Shown here in pieces: positions 11,353 to 22,522 of a DNA stretch of 45,656 nucleotides. The notes under the pieces were generated by a model. That model made no database searches and was not told where the DNA came from. It worked only from the letters and a program-made list of their open reading frames with translations. This stretch comes from Kofleriaceae bacterium (GTDB taxonomy: Bacteria; Myxococcota_A; Polyangia; Haliangiales; Haliangiaceae). Made by a program: the position numbers and the translations under genes. The stretch lies in NCBI GenBank assembly GCA_046597055.1, contig JBKJLC010000184.1, positions 1 through 45,656 of the forward strand. Direction: 5' to 3'. The first letter of the stretch is position 1. The number at the start of each line of letters is the position of its first letter.

Positions 11353-14300
11353 TCAGGTCGGTAGCTGCGACGACGTCAGGTGCTCGCGTAGGCGCTGGTA
11401 ATCATCGGACAGGTAGAAGCGCACAAGATCGGCGCCGCCGAGCACCGCGCCGAGCGCCTGGTTGCCCTCGTGCGCCAGCGGCATCTCGCCGGTGAGCCGC
11501 GCGATCATCCACGTCGCCGCCGAGAAGTCGTCGCACGCGAGCAGCCCGCCGCGCTTGGCGGTACCGAGCATGCCGTCGATCCAGATGTCCCCGTCGACCT
11601 CGCGACCCCAGCCCTGGTGGCGCTCGAGCACCTTCTGCGCCCGCTTCGGGAGCGCCTTCACGAACTCGTTGGTCGGGCCCGGCCGATCCGGCTCGGGCAA
11701 GAGCAGCGCCTTCATGAAGTTGCCCAGCTCCGAGCGCTGGCGCCGCCCGAGGTGGTGCAGGAACGCGTAGCCGCCGCGCAGCGCCTCGAACGCCCAGCCG
11801 AGCAGGTAGCGGCGCGGGCCGTCGCCGTCGCTGACCAGCGAGCGGTCGATCACGATCAGGCGGCGCGGCGCCGCGACCATCGCGAGCAGGCCCGGCACCC
11901 GTTCGCCCACGAACACCTCGGCGTCGGTCCCGGTCAGGCGTGCGACGTCGGCGACCGCGACCTTGAGGCCGGCGTCGTCGAGCGCCTGCACCGGCACCAG
12001 GTTCTCGCCCAGCAGCGGCGCCGGGTACAGCGCGCCCAGCTCGGTCGAGGCCGCGGTCAGCACCTCGCCGAACGGATCGCGGGCAGCGGTGGTGCAGAGC
12101 AAGCGCGCGCGCAGCTCGTCGTCGAGCGCGCGGCGCACCGGGTGGTACGGCAGCGCCGCCCGTAGCTTGACCACCGCGCCCAGGTCGACGTCCTCGGCGA
12201 AGCCGAGCTGCTCCATCACCATCAGCGAGCGGGCCGCGCGCTCGGGCTCGCCGACCCGGGTGTAGAACGAGGCGATCAGCCGGTAGGCCGGCGCGTGGTG
12301 GATGTCGCGCTCGATCACCTTGCGCAGCTCGGCGATCGCCTTGCTCGGGTCGTCGATCGCGTAGATCTCGGCGAGCGCGACCCGGTCGGGCGGGCTGTCG
12401 TCGACGCCGAGGATGCCGCGGTAGGCCTCGATCGCCGCCGGCCGGTCGCCCGAGGCGAGCAGGATGCGGGCGAGGCCACGCTGCAGCGCGACCGCCGCGC
12501 GCGGACCGCCCTTCTCCATCGCGGCGTGGGCCGCGTCGATCAGCAGGGTCTCGGCGCCGCGCTGATCGCCACCCTCGGCGGCCCGGCGCGCGAGCGCGAG
12601 CGCCGGCGGGGCGTAGCCGGGGTCGTACTCGACCGCGCGGCGGTACTGCGAGGTCGCCCCCCGCGCGTCGCCCGACACGTCGGTGATGCGGCCGCGGTAA
12701 TAGTAGTAGCGAGCCAGGCTCTCCGGCGAGATCGCCGAGCCCGGCGCCGCCGCCAGCTCGATCACGCGGTCGATCGCGGCCCGGGCGTCGGGATATCGGC
12801 CGAGCAGGTAGTGCTCCTGCGCGAGCCGGTAGTAGGCCTCCTCGTGGGTTGGGTCGAGCCGGATCACCTCGTGCAGGACGTCGATCGCCCGCTGCGGCTC
12901 CATCTCGCAGTCGGCGTGGACCTCGACCTGGCGCATCAGCGCCAGCAGGCGCACATCGGGCGCCGGCGGCGGCGTCGAACCGAGGAACGTGGTGATCGCG
13001 TCGACCGCCAGCTGCCAGCGCCGCATGTTGAGGTGCAGCGTGATCATCGCCGACAGCACCGCGAAGTCGTTGGGGGCCAGCCCGAACGCCTCCTCGTAGA
13101 AGATCTGGGCGTGGTCGAGGTCGCCCTCGCGCTCCTTCATGCCGGCCTGCGCGATGCGGACCCGGGCCAGGAACGGGCCGGCGTCGTCGCGCTTCTTGTA
13201 GAGCTTCTCGAGCTCGCGGTAGATCGCGTCGAAGTCCCAGGCGTCGGGCTGCTTGCGCTGCAGCTCGAGCAGCCCGTCGAGCGCCGACAGGTTGTTGGGC
13301 TTGATCTCGAGCGCGACGATCAGGCTCTCGGCGGCGCCGCGGGCGTCGCCGGTCATCGCCGCGACCACGCCGCGCCGGCGGTAGAACTCGCTGCGGGTGT
13401 TGGGATCGCCCTCGCGCATCGCCTTGACGGCGAGCGCCTGGGCCAGCGGCAGCGCGCGCTGCCACTCGCCGGCGTCGAAGTAGTGCTCGAACAGCGCCTG
13501 GTTGGCCGGCAGGCACTCGGGATCGACCGCGAGCGCGCTCTCGTAGTAGTGCATCGCGCGATCGGGCTGGCTCAGGCGCGACTCGTAGATGCGGCCGATC
13601 TGCGCGAACACGCCGGCTCGCTCCTTGTCGTCCTGCCAGAGCTTCACCTCGAGCTCGAGGGTCTGGATGACGCGCGGCCAGTCCTCGCGCCGACGGTAGA
13701 GATCGCGCAGGCCGTGGACCGCGGGCAGGCACGACGGCGAGGTCTTGATCGCCGCGTCGTAGTACCGGATCGCGTCCTCCTCCTTGCCGAACTTGGCCTC
13801 CATCACCGAGCCGCACTTGAAGTACAGCAGGGCCTTGAGGTTGCGGTCGGTGGTGACGCGGATCTGGCGGCGGGTGACGTCGACGAACTCGGCCCACTGC
13901 TCGGTCGATTCGTAGATGCGACCGAGCGCCTCGAGCGCCTCCTTGTTGGCCGGTGCGATCTCGAGGATGCGCTGGTAGTGCTCGACCGCGCGCGACTCGT
14001 CGCGCAGCCCGTCCTCGCTGATCTGCGCGATGCGCTTGAGCAGCGTGGTGGCGGCGTCGCCGGCGGGCGCCGCGGCCAGCCGGTGGCGCAGCACCTCGAC
14101 CAGCCGGCCCCAGTCGGACTGGCGCTCGTACCAGCGCTCGAGCGCGTCGAGCGCCTCGATGTCCGACGGGTCGATGTCGAGGATCTGCTGGTAGAGGCGG
14201 GCGGCCTCGCCGAAATCGCGCAGCTTGGCGGCCGCGACCCGGGCGCCGCGACGCAGGCTCTCGAGCCGGCGGTCGTCGTCGCGCGTCAGCCCCGCGCGCT

Positions 14301-17300
14301 TCTCGTAGACGGCGATGAGGCCGGCCCAGTCGTTCTTCTGCGAATAGATCGACTCCAGGAACTTCACCGAGGTGTCGTTCTCGGGATCGATCTCCACGAC
14401 CTTGACGTACGAGGCGGCCGCCGACTCGAGCTCGCCGAGGTACTGCAGCTGGACCTGGCCGCGCCGCGCATACAGGTCGCCGAGCCGGTAGGCCCGCGAC
14501 GCGCCGCTCTCGACCAGGTCGATCGCGCTCTGGTACAGCTTCATCGCCGCGGCCCAGCGCTCGTGCTTGTAGCAGAGCTTCTCGAGCGAGGTGAACACCT
14601 CGCGGTTGGCCGGGTCGGCGAGGAACGCCGCGGTGAACGCGGTGATCGCGCCGTCGGGGTCGCCCCGGTTCTGCTTGACCTGGCCGATGCGGCCGTAGAG
14701 CTGCGCGCGCTCGAGCTTGTCGATCGTCGCGTCGGCGCGGATCTCGAGCACCCGCATCAGGTCCTTGTCGCGGCCGAGCCGCTCGTAGACCCGCTCGAGC
14801 GCCTCGAGCGCGGGGACGTGGTGCGGATTGCGCTCGAGGACCGCCTCGTAGGCGAGCGCGGCGTCGGCCGGCTTGCCCAGCTTGCCGTCGCGCAGCTCGC
14901 CGAGCCGCATCAGGGTCGCGATCACCGCGTCGGGCGCGGCCCCGGGCGAGCCGGCCAGCTCGCGCTCGAGCGCGCCGGCCAGATCGCTCCACCGCTCGGT
15001 GCGTTCGAGCAGGCGGGCGAGGTCGCGGTGGCTGTCGCCCGAGCTGCCCTGGGCGGCGGCGAGCTGGTGGTAGCGGATCGCGGTCTCGACGTCGCCGAGC
15101 TTGTCCTCGGCCAGCTTGGCCAGCGCGGTCGCCAGGCGCGGCCGATCCGGCGGCGGCGCCGCGTCGATCTCCTGCTGGCGGACGTTGGACAGCTCGGTCC
15201 ACTCGCCGAGCCGCTCGAGCGCCTCGGCCAGGATGCGCAGGTTGCCGAGCGTGCGCGGCGCCTTGCGGAAGGCGACCGCGACGTCGCGCCACCGCTCGTG
15301 GCCGCGCGCCAGCCGCTCGACCCCGGTCAAGGCGGCGGCATGCTCGGGGTCGACCGAGAGCGCGTCGAGGTAGGCGGCCAGCCCGCGGTCGGGGTCGCGC
15401 GCCTCTTCATATAGACGGGCGGCCTCGAGCTGGATCGTCAGCCGCCGCGACGGCTCGATGCCGCGCGCGAGCTCGCCGCCGAGCACCGCCAGCAGCTGGT
15501 CGTTGCGGCGCGCCTTGCGATGGAGGACGGCCTGCGCGCGCAGCGGCTCGACCGCGCGATCGTCGATCCGCGCGGCCCGCTCGTAGGCGGCCATCGCGGC
15601 GGGCTCGTCGTTACGCCGGGTCTCCTCGATCTGACCGATCTCGAAGTGCATCGCAGCCTGGCGGCGCGGCTCCTTGGGCAACAGCTCGGCGACTCGCTGG
15701 CGGAGCTCGATCGCCTTGTCCCACTGGCGGGCCTGGTCGTAGAGCTTGGCCAGCTCGTAGGTGACCTCGGCGTCGTCGGCGCGGATCGCCTGGGCCTGCT
15801 CGAGGACCGCGCGGGCGCGGCGCGCATCATTGAGGTGCTCCGCGAGCATGGAGCCGTGCTCGCGCAGGAGCGCGACCCGGGTGGCGTCGCTGCTCACCAG
15901 GCCGGCCAGATCGCCGAGCACGCCCGACAGCTCGCGCCAGCGCTCGGTCTTGCGGTAGATCGCGGCGAGCGCGCCCTTGGCGGCCAGATCATTCGGCGCC
16001 TGGCGCGAAGCCTGGACGAACAGCTCCTCGGCCTCGACCACCCGACCGCGGGCCAGCTCGAGCGCGCCGGCCGCGGTGAGCAGCGCGGTCGCGGCGCGGC
16101 GATCGCGGGCCGACTGGGCGCCGGTCCGGTAGATCTCGACCAGCTGGCCCCGATCGCGGCCGCGCCGGGCCAACCGGGCCTGCTGATCCATCTCGCTCTG
16201 GCGCGCCGGCCCGGTAGCCTGGGCGGTCGAGGCCTGCTTGAGCATCTCGAGCGCGCGGGCGGTGTCGCCGAGCCGGGTCTCGACCACCAGCGCGGCGCGC
16301 CGGGTGCCGGCGCGGACGCCGTCCTTGGCCTGCGCGATCAAGTGCGCGACCAGCGCGGTCGGCTCGCCGGCGAGCAGCAGGCGCTCCAGGGTCTGCACGC
16401 CGGAGGCGGTCCGGGCGCCGGACAGCGCGAACGCGGCCAGCTCGGGCGCGTTGGCCAGCCCGTGGGCATCGGCGATCTCGAGCGCGCGCCAGGCGTGGGC
16501 CGGCGACAGCGCCCCGGCGGAACGGCTGTCGGCCAGCGCCTTGCGGCTGGTGACCGCGTCGCCCCACCGGTTGGCCTCGAGCGCGGCGCGCGCCATCGAC
16601 CAGCGCGCGAGGATCATGCCGAAGCCGTCTTCGGTCGCGGCGGTGCCGTAGCTGGCGATCGCGGCCGCGAGGTCGCCCTCGCTGCGGCGGGCATCGGCGA
16701 GGGCGTAGCGGGTGGCGGCCGCCTCGCGGCGCGCGCCCGGATCGGGCTCGAGCAGCGCGAGCCGGCGCTCGAGCAGGCCGGCGATCGTGGCCGGCGCCGC
16801 CCGCACCGCGGCGTCGAGCGCGACGTCGACGACGCGCAGCCAGTGCACCGGAGCGCCCCGACCGCGGTCCGGACGGGCCAGCGCGGCCGTACACAGGTCG
16901 TGGGCGGCGACCGCATCGCCGAGGCGATCGAGCAGGATCGCGGCGGCGTCGGCGGTGTCCTCGGGCAAGGCCGAGGGCGCGGCCGCGGCCGCGGCCAGCG
17001 CGGTCGCCAGCTCGCGCCAGCCGCCCGCCAGCCCGCGGGCGATGCTGGTGAGGCCGTGCAGCTCGGCGGCGAGCTCGGGATCGCCAGCCGCGGCGTCCTT
17101 GCCGGCGGCGGCGACCGCGGTCGCGGCGGTCACCGCCTGCGCCGGCGCCGACAGCGCATAGAGCCACGCCTCGACCAGATCGCGCTGCAGCTGCGCGCGC
17201 TCGCGGCCATCGGGCAGCGTGATGACCATGCGCCCGGCTAGCTCGAGCGCCTTGGGATCCGCGGCGGCGATGCCATGCGAGAGCAGCAGGCGTGCGGCCA

Positions 17301-17856
17301 GCGGATGCTTGTCGGCGAGCTCGAGGTAGCGCGCGGCGTCCTCGGCATCGTCGAGGATGTCCGAGGTGATGAGCGACAGGCGGACGTTGAGATCGGCGAG
17401 CTGCTCGTCGGCGTCGGCGCCGCCGGCCGTGAGCAGCGCCTCGGCCTCGGCCGAGACCAGGCCGACGATCGCGTCGATCATGCCGGCGGAGCCGCTCGTC
17501 ATCACGCGGCGGGTGAGATCGCCGGCGCCGTCGTCCTCCGACGACGGGCCCGGGTGGGAGCCGGCCGCGATCTCCGGAGCGCTCAGCGCGACCAGCTGAG
17601 GGATCGCCGGCCCGGTCACCGGCTGCATGACCGGCTGCATGACCGGCGGCATCGCGGGCTGCATCGCGGGCTGCATCGCGGGCTGCATCGCGGGCTGCAT
17701 CGCGGGCTGCATCGCGGGCCCCGGCACCGGCGGGGGCCGCGGCGGGGCCGGGATCGCCGGAATTCCGGGCGCACCTCCCCCGTCGGTGCTGCGTCGCGGC
17801 AATACCGGCAAGGGTGGGGGCCGCGGCGGGCGGTCACCCGAGGGGGGCTCGGCCAT
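11353..17856 (-). CDS. Giant cytoplasmic TPR protein (2167 aa), myxobacterial type
   Basis: Dozens of TPR-like units (ALEALERVYERLG, AVEHYQRILEIAPANKEALEAL); Pro-rich N-terminus; non-TPR C-terminal domain ending DLVRFYLSDDYQRLR; no signal peptide. Confidence 0.88.
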   Translation of the reverse strand: MAEPPSGDRPPRPPPLPVLPRRSTDGGGAPGIPAIPAPPRPPPVPGPAMQPAMQPAMQPAMQPAMQPAMPPVMQPVMQPVTGPAIPQLVALSAPEIAAGSHPGPSSEDDGAGDLTRRVMTSGSAGMIDAIVGLVSAEAEALLTAGGADADEQLADLNVRLSLITSDILDDAEDAARYLELADKHPLAARLLLSHGIAAADPKALELAGRMVITLPDGRERAQLQRDLVEAWLYALSAPAQAVTAATAVAAAGKDAAAGDPELAAELHGLTSIARGLAGGWRELATALAAAAAAPSALPEDTADAAAILLDRLGDAVAAHDLCTAALARPDRGRGAPVHWLRVVDVALDAAVRAAPATIAGLLERRLALLEPDPGARREAAATRYALADARRSEGDLAAAIASYGTAATEDGFGMILARWSMARAALEANRWGDAVTSRKALADSRSAGALSPAHAWRALEIADAHGLANAPELAAFALSGARTASGVQTLERLLLAGEPTALVAHLIAQAKDGVRAGTRRAALVVETRLGDTARALEMLKQASTAQATGPARQSEMDQQARLARRGRDRGQLVEIYRTGAQSARDRRAATALLTAAGALELARGRVVEAEELFVQASRQAPNDLAAKGALAAIYRKTERWRELSGVLGDLAGLVSSDATRVALLREHGSMLAEHLNDARRARAVLEQAQAIRADDAEVTYELAKLYDQARQWDKAIELRQRVAELLPKEPRRQAAMHFEIGQIEETRRNDEPAAMAAYERAARIDDRAVEPLRAQAVLHRKARRNDQLLAVLGGELARGIEPSRRLTIQLEAARLYEEARDPDRGLAAYLDALSVDPEHAAALTGVERLARGHERWRDVAVAFRKAPRTLGNLRILAEALERLGEWTELSNVRQQEIDAAPPPDRPRLATALAKLAEDKLGDVETAIRYHQLAAAQGSSGDSHRDLARLLERTERWSDLAGALERELAGSPGAAPDAVIATLMRLGELRDGKLGKPADAALAYEAVLERNPHHVPALEALERVYERLGRDKDLMRVLEIRADATIDKLERAQLYGRIGQVKQNRGDPDGAITAFTAAFLADPANREVFTSLEKLCYKHERWAAAMKLYQSAIDLVESGASRAYRLGDLYARRGQVQLQYLGELESAAASYVKVVEIDPENDTSVKFLESIYSQKNDWAGLIAVYEKRAGLTRDDDRRLESLRRGARVAAAKLRDFGEAARLYQQILDIDPSDIEALDALERWYERQSDWGRLVEVLRHRLAAAPAGDAATTLLKRIAQISEDGLRDESRAVEHYQRILEIAPANKEALEALGRIYESTEQWAEFVDVTRRQIRVTTDRNLKALLYFKCGSVMEAKFGKEEDAIRYYDAAIKTSPSCLPAVHGLRDLYRRREDWPRVIQTLELEVKLWQDDKERAGVFAQIGRIYESRLSQPDRAMHYYESALAVDPECLPANQALFEHYFDAGEWQRALPLAQALAVKAMREGDPNTRSEFYRRRGVVAAMTGDARGAAESLIVALEIKPNNLSALDGLLELQRKQPDAWDFDAIYRELEKLYKKRDDAGPFLARVRIAQAGMKEREGDLDHAQIFYEEAFGLAPNDFAVLSAMITLHLNMRRWQLAVDAITTFLGSTPPPAPDVRLLALMRQVEVHADCEMEPQRAIDVLHEVIRLDPTHEEAYYRLAQEHYLLGRYPDARAAIDRVIELAAAPGSAISPESLARYYYYRGRITDVSGDARGATSQYRRAVEYDPGYAPPALALARRAAEGGDQRGAETLLIDAAHAAMEKGGPRAAVALQRGLARILLASGDRPAAIEAYRGILGVDDSPPDRVALAEIYAIDDPSKAIAELRKVIERDIHHAPAYRLIASFYTRVGEPERAARSLMVMEQLGFAEDVDLGAVVKLRAALPYHPVRRALDDELRARLLCTTAARDPFGEVLTAASTELGALYPAPLLGENLVPVQALDDAGLKVAVADVARLTGTDAEVFVGERVPGLLAMVAAPRRLIVIDRSLVSDGDGPRRYLLGWAFEALRGGYAFLHHLGRRQRSELGNFMKALLLPEPDRPGPTNEFVKALPKRAQKVLERHQGWGREVDGDIWIDGMLGTAKRGGLLACDDFSAATWMIARLTGEMPLAHEGNQALGAVLGGADLVRFYLSDDYQRLREHLTSSQLPT
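17620..17718 (-). repeat. 12-bp coding tandem repeat (PAMQ/PVMQ)n
   Basis: GCGGGCTGCATC units in tandem on the + strand, flanked by degenerate copies, encoding PAMQPAMQ...PVMQPVMQ. Confidence 0.9.
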
Positions 17857-18069
17857 CGCGGATATCGTATCAGCGGTTTCACGCGGCGCGCCACTCGGTG
17901 GCCGTCCGTCCGGCGAGTCTTGGTGCCGGGACCAAGGCTCCGGCGCCCGAGCCGCGATCGGGATCCGCCCGGGCCGGACGGCGCCGTGGTCACCCCGCCG
18001 GGGTCATCAGCGAGATCTGCGCCCACCTGCGCCTACGTCACGAAGCGATGAGCTGCGTCGAAACCGGGT

Positions 18070-18098
18070 TTGACCGCGATGGAAGCGGTCGATATCCT
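18070..18098 (+). promoter_or_regulatory. Sigma70-type promoter, probably leaderless transcript
   Basis: TTGACC (18070-18075), 17-nt spacer, TATCCT (18093-18098), then 8 nt to ATG 18107 with no SD. Confidence 0.65.
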
Positions 18099-18106
18099 GA
18101 ACACTG

Positions 18107-19033
18107 ATGAGGGGACCTGCGCGAGCCTTGTGCGTCACCACCAGCGTGGCGCTCAGGCGCACGCTGCGTCGCACGTTCCATGCGACCGGGACCCCGATGG
18201 AGTTCAGCGACGTCGTCGACGGGACCGACACCGCCGACGCGCTGGTCGTGATCGATCGGTCGACCTGCGCGGCGCTCGATCAGGCCGCGCTCGCCCAGCT
18301 CGCGCGCGGGCGCGCGCTGATCGTCATGGGCGGCTCGATCGAGGACGACGCGGTCGTCGAGGCGCTTCGCCGCAACGGCTGGAACCACGTGATCCGCGAC
18401 GCCGACGACGGCGACGACGCCGAGCTGGTGGTGACCTCGGTCAAGCTGATGTCGGGCGACATCTTCGGCCTCGAGAAGTACCTGGCGTGGGGCATCAAGG
18501 TGAACGAGGCCTCGGTCCGCTCCTATGAGGCCAAGCGCGAGGCGCTGCTGCAGGTGACCGCCAGCGCGCGCGACGCCGGCGCCCGCCGCCCGACCATCGC
18601 GCGGATCGAGAGCGTCGCCGACGAGCTGCTGATGAACGCGATGTACGACGCGCCCGCGGTCGCGACCGGCACCATCCCGCCGGTCCCGCGGCACCTGAGC
18701 GATCCGATCGGCGACTACGACGCCCACCTGCGCTGGGCATCCGACGGTCGCTACTTCGCCGTCTCCGTCGAGGATCGCTTCGGCGCGCTCGCCAAGGACG
18801 TGATCCTCGACCACCTGCAGCGGGCGCGGGTCGAGCGCGGCCGGCCCAAGGCCTCGCAGCTCGCCGGTGGCGGCGCCGGGCTCGGCCTCTACTTCATCCT
18901 GTCGTCGGTGACGCGGTTCATCGTCAACGTCGAGCCCGGCAAGCGCACCGAAGTCGTGTGCCTGTTCGATCTCAAGCAAGGCGGGCGCGAGGCGGATACG
19001 TCCGCGCGCAGCCTGCACGTCTTCGGGACCTGA
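18107..19033 (+). CDS. RsbW/SpoIIAB-like HATPase (putative anti-sigma Ser kinase) with degenerate receiver-like N-terminus
   Basis: N box ADELLMNAMYD, VSVED, G2 GGAGLGL and terminal GKRTEV strand; no HisKA His box. Confidence 0.7.
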   Translation: MRGPARALCVTTSVALRRTLRRTFHATGTPMEFSDVVDGTDTADALVVIDRSTCAALDQAALAQLARGRALIVMGGSIEDDAVVEALRRNGWNHVIRDADDGDDAELVVTSVKLMSGDIFGLEKYLAWGIKVNEASVRSYEAKREALLQVTASARDAGARRPTIARIESVADELLMNAMYDAPAVATGTIPPVPRHLSDPIGDYDAHLRWASDGRYFAVSVEDRFGALAKDVILDHLQRARVERGRPKASQLAGGGAGLGLYFILSSVTRFIVNVEPGKRTEVVCLFDLKQGGREADTSARSLHVFGT

Positions 19034-19084
19034 TCCCCACGCGGCCGCGGGTCGCTCAGATCAGAAGCGGGCGCCCAAGCCCGG

Positions 19085-20325
19085 TCACAGCAGGCGGCCG
19101 GCGACGCCGGCGCCGATGAACCCGGCGGCGATCGCCACGAGCGCGGTGACCGGCCGGCCCGACACGGCGATCGCGACCGCGCCCGGCCCCACCACCCAGA
19201 CCACGCACCACCCTGCGACGTAGGCCCGGCGCGCCACCGCCACCGCCGCGGCGGTGACCGGCAGGGTCGCGGTCAGCCGCGGCAGCTCGAGCGGCTCGCG
19301 GGTGAGCGCGCGCGCCAGCCAGGCCGCGAGGAAGCCCTGCCCGGCCGCGGCCACCGCCAGCCACGCGGCCAGCTCGCCGGGCTGCACGAAGCCGACGATG
19401 ATGTGGACCAGCGCGCCGGCGGCCCCGGCGAACACCACCAGCGGATAGCGGCGGCGGACCAGCCGCGCCATCCGGTCGTAGACCGGCGCGGCCCCGATGC
19501 CCAGGCGCGCCTGCACGATCCGCTCGATCGGTGTGATCCGATCGATCTCGAGGTGCGCGTTGATCTGGCGGTCGAGCGCGGCCACCTCGCGCATCGCCAG
19601 CGGATAGACCCGGGGCGCGGCCGACGACGCCAGCACCGCCGCCAGCGCTGACACCGCGACCACCGCGACGAGGATGACCGGCCCGGCGGGGTCGGCGCCG
19701 CCCGCGATCCAGGGCGATGCGTAGATGGCCGCCAGCACCACGCCGGCGATCATCGTGCCCGGCAGCGCGCCGAGCGAGGCCGTGCTCGGCAGGTGGACCT
19801 CGCCGCCGCCGACCGAGGAGGCCAGCGCGTCCGCCTTGCCCGACGCGACCAGGTGGGCCGCGCCGAGGCAGACCGAGGGCAACAGCGCGACCGTCGCCAG
19901 CGCGAGCACCGCGGTGAGCACAGCGGCGCGGGCGGCCAGGCCGGCGTCGCCGATCGCGACGATCACGAGGGTCGGGATCACGACCGCGGCGGCGGCACCG
20001 GCCGCGCGCGCCGCCCGCACCAGCGCGACCCGCCACAGCGCCGCGCCCGGGATCGGCAGCCGCGCCAGCAGCGGCGCGTCGTGGCGCCAGAACATGCGAT
20101 AGGGCGCGCCGAACATCGCCGGCACGAACCCAGCCAGCACGATCGCCACGATCAGGGCTGATGAGGGCGCGCCGCGCACGCCCTCGAACCAGCCGCCGCG
20201 TCGGGCCGCCTCGACCGCGAGCAGCACGCCCGCGCCTCCCGCGACGATCCAGCGCGTCGCCACCGGGCCTCGCCGGCGGCGGCGCTCGTCGAGATCGCCC
20301 CAGGCCAGCAGCCGGGTCCCGTCCA

Positions 20326-20326
<1 letters not shown>
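19085..20326 (-). CDS. Polytopic membrane protein, probable ABC exporter permease
   Basis: Many hydrophobic segments; ATG 20326 overlaps the stop (TGATG) of the ABC ATPase gene. Confidence 0.7.
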
Positions 20327-21029
<703 letters not shown>

Positions 21030-21057
<28 letters not shown>

Positions 21058-22349
21058 TTGCTCTCGTCCCATTCGTACAGCACACGGTACATGACCACGG
21101 CTTCGCCGCCGGCCGCCACCACCACGCCCAGCCCGATCTGCTGGGCGCCCTCCTTGGCCACCCGCTCGCCGGTGGAGTGGTAGGCCAGGGTCCAGCACTG
21201 ACCGCGGTACAGGTGCTCGCGGGCCAGCACCTCGACCGGCCGGATGCCCCGGTTGGTGAGGGTCACGGTGTACTCCTCGATCAGGCGCCGGGCGGTCTCG
21301 TCGAGGAAGAAGTCGGTGCGCTTGCGGCGGCCGGTCACGTCGGGCGAGCGCCCGACCGCGACCGTGGTGTAGCGCTCGGCATCGGCGGCGGGCGGCAGCA
21401 GCCGGCCCTCGCCGCGCCAGACCAGCGCGCCGTCAGCCCCGACCGTGAACACCCGGATCGGCCCCGCGGGCAGCGGGCCGTCGGTCGCGCGCGACAGATC
21501 GATCTTGAGGCTCTCGTCGACCGCGTCGGGCCAGCGCTGGACCCCGTAGTCCTCGTCGACCTGCGGGCGCATCCGCGCCGAGTCGAGCGCGACCCCGACC
21601 GGGTCGTAGACCAGGGTCGGCACCAGCCCGAGGCCGCGATCGCGCAGCGCGAGGTCGAGCCGCTGCGGGCCTGGTCGCACCGCGAACACGCCCGGCACCG
21701 CCACCGCGCGATCGACCAGGGCGCCGGCGGTCGGCGCCGCCGCCGGGCGGTCGCGATCGATCACCGCCAGCCGGGCGCGCTGCCAGCTCCGGCCGGTGCG
21801 GTTGTCGAACGCGAGCCCACCGTGGATCCGCCCGCGGGCACCGTCGGCGATCAGCGTGTAGCTTGCGCGCCAGGTCAGCCGGTCGGTCAGGTAGCGGAGC
21901 CGCAGCCGACCGCGCCCGGCCCGCCTGGCCTCGAGGTCGACCACGACCGCCGCGGCCCGACCGCCCACGATCACCTCGGGCGTCGGCATGACGTGCAGGC
22001 CATCGGCGGCCTCGACCACGACCGCCTCGTCGCTGACGTCGCCCAGGCGGCCGGCGACGACCCGGGGGCCGGTGCGCGCCTCGATCACGGCGCCCCGCGC
22101 GCGCTCGCCCTCGACCGTCCAGCCGTGGATCACGGCGTCGTCGCTGACCACGATCAGGTCGCCGTCGCCGAGGCCGCGCGCCACCGGCACCGTCACCCGC
22201 TGCCGCCCGCGAGCCAGCTCGACGACGATCTCCTCGTCGACCAGCGCGCTGTCGCGATACAGCACGATCCGCGCGTCGGCCTCGCCACCGGCCTGGCCAC
22301 CCCGCGGGAGCGCGCCGCACGCGGCCGCCCCGACCAGCGCGACGACCAT
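21030..22349 (-). CDS. DUF4139-like protein, probable lipoprotein
   Basis: IVLYRDSALV, LRYLTDRLTWRASY, NRTG, LPAGPIRVF motifs; MVVALVGAAA-C lipobox; paralog of 22522-23946. The ORF-track N-terminal extension runs through the MITE. Confidence 0.7.
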
Positions 22350-22362
22350 GCCGGCGCGGCTC

Positions 22363-22522
22363 AGGGCCCGCGAATGAATGACTCGCTCGCCCTCGCGGCC
22401 GATCCATCTCGGTTGGCTTCGTTGCTCGTCGGTTACATACGGAGAGTAGGCGCCCTCCTCGCGCCTCGCCAACCGGGCGCCTCGGCCGCGATCATCGATC
22501 GACTCATCCATTCGCGGGCCCT
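22363..22522. mobile_element. MITE-like element copy 1 (~160 bp)
   Basis: Terminal inverted repeats AGGGCCCGCGAATG...CATTCGCGGGCCCT, no coding capacity, near-identical second copy at 23985-24145. Confidence 0.8.
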
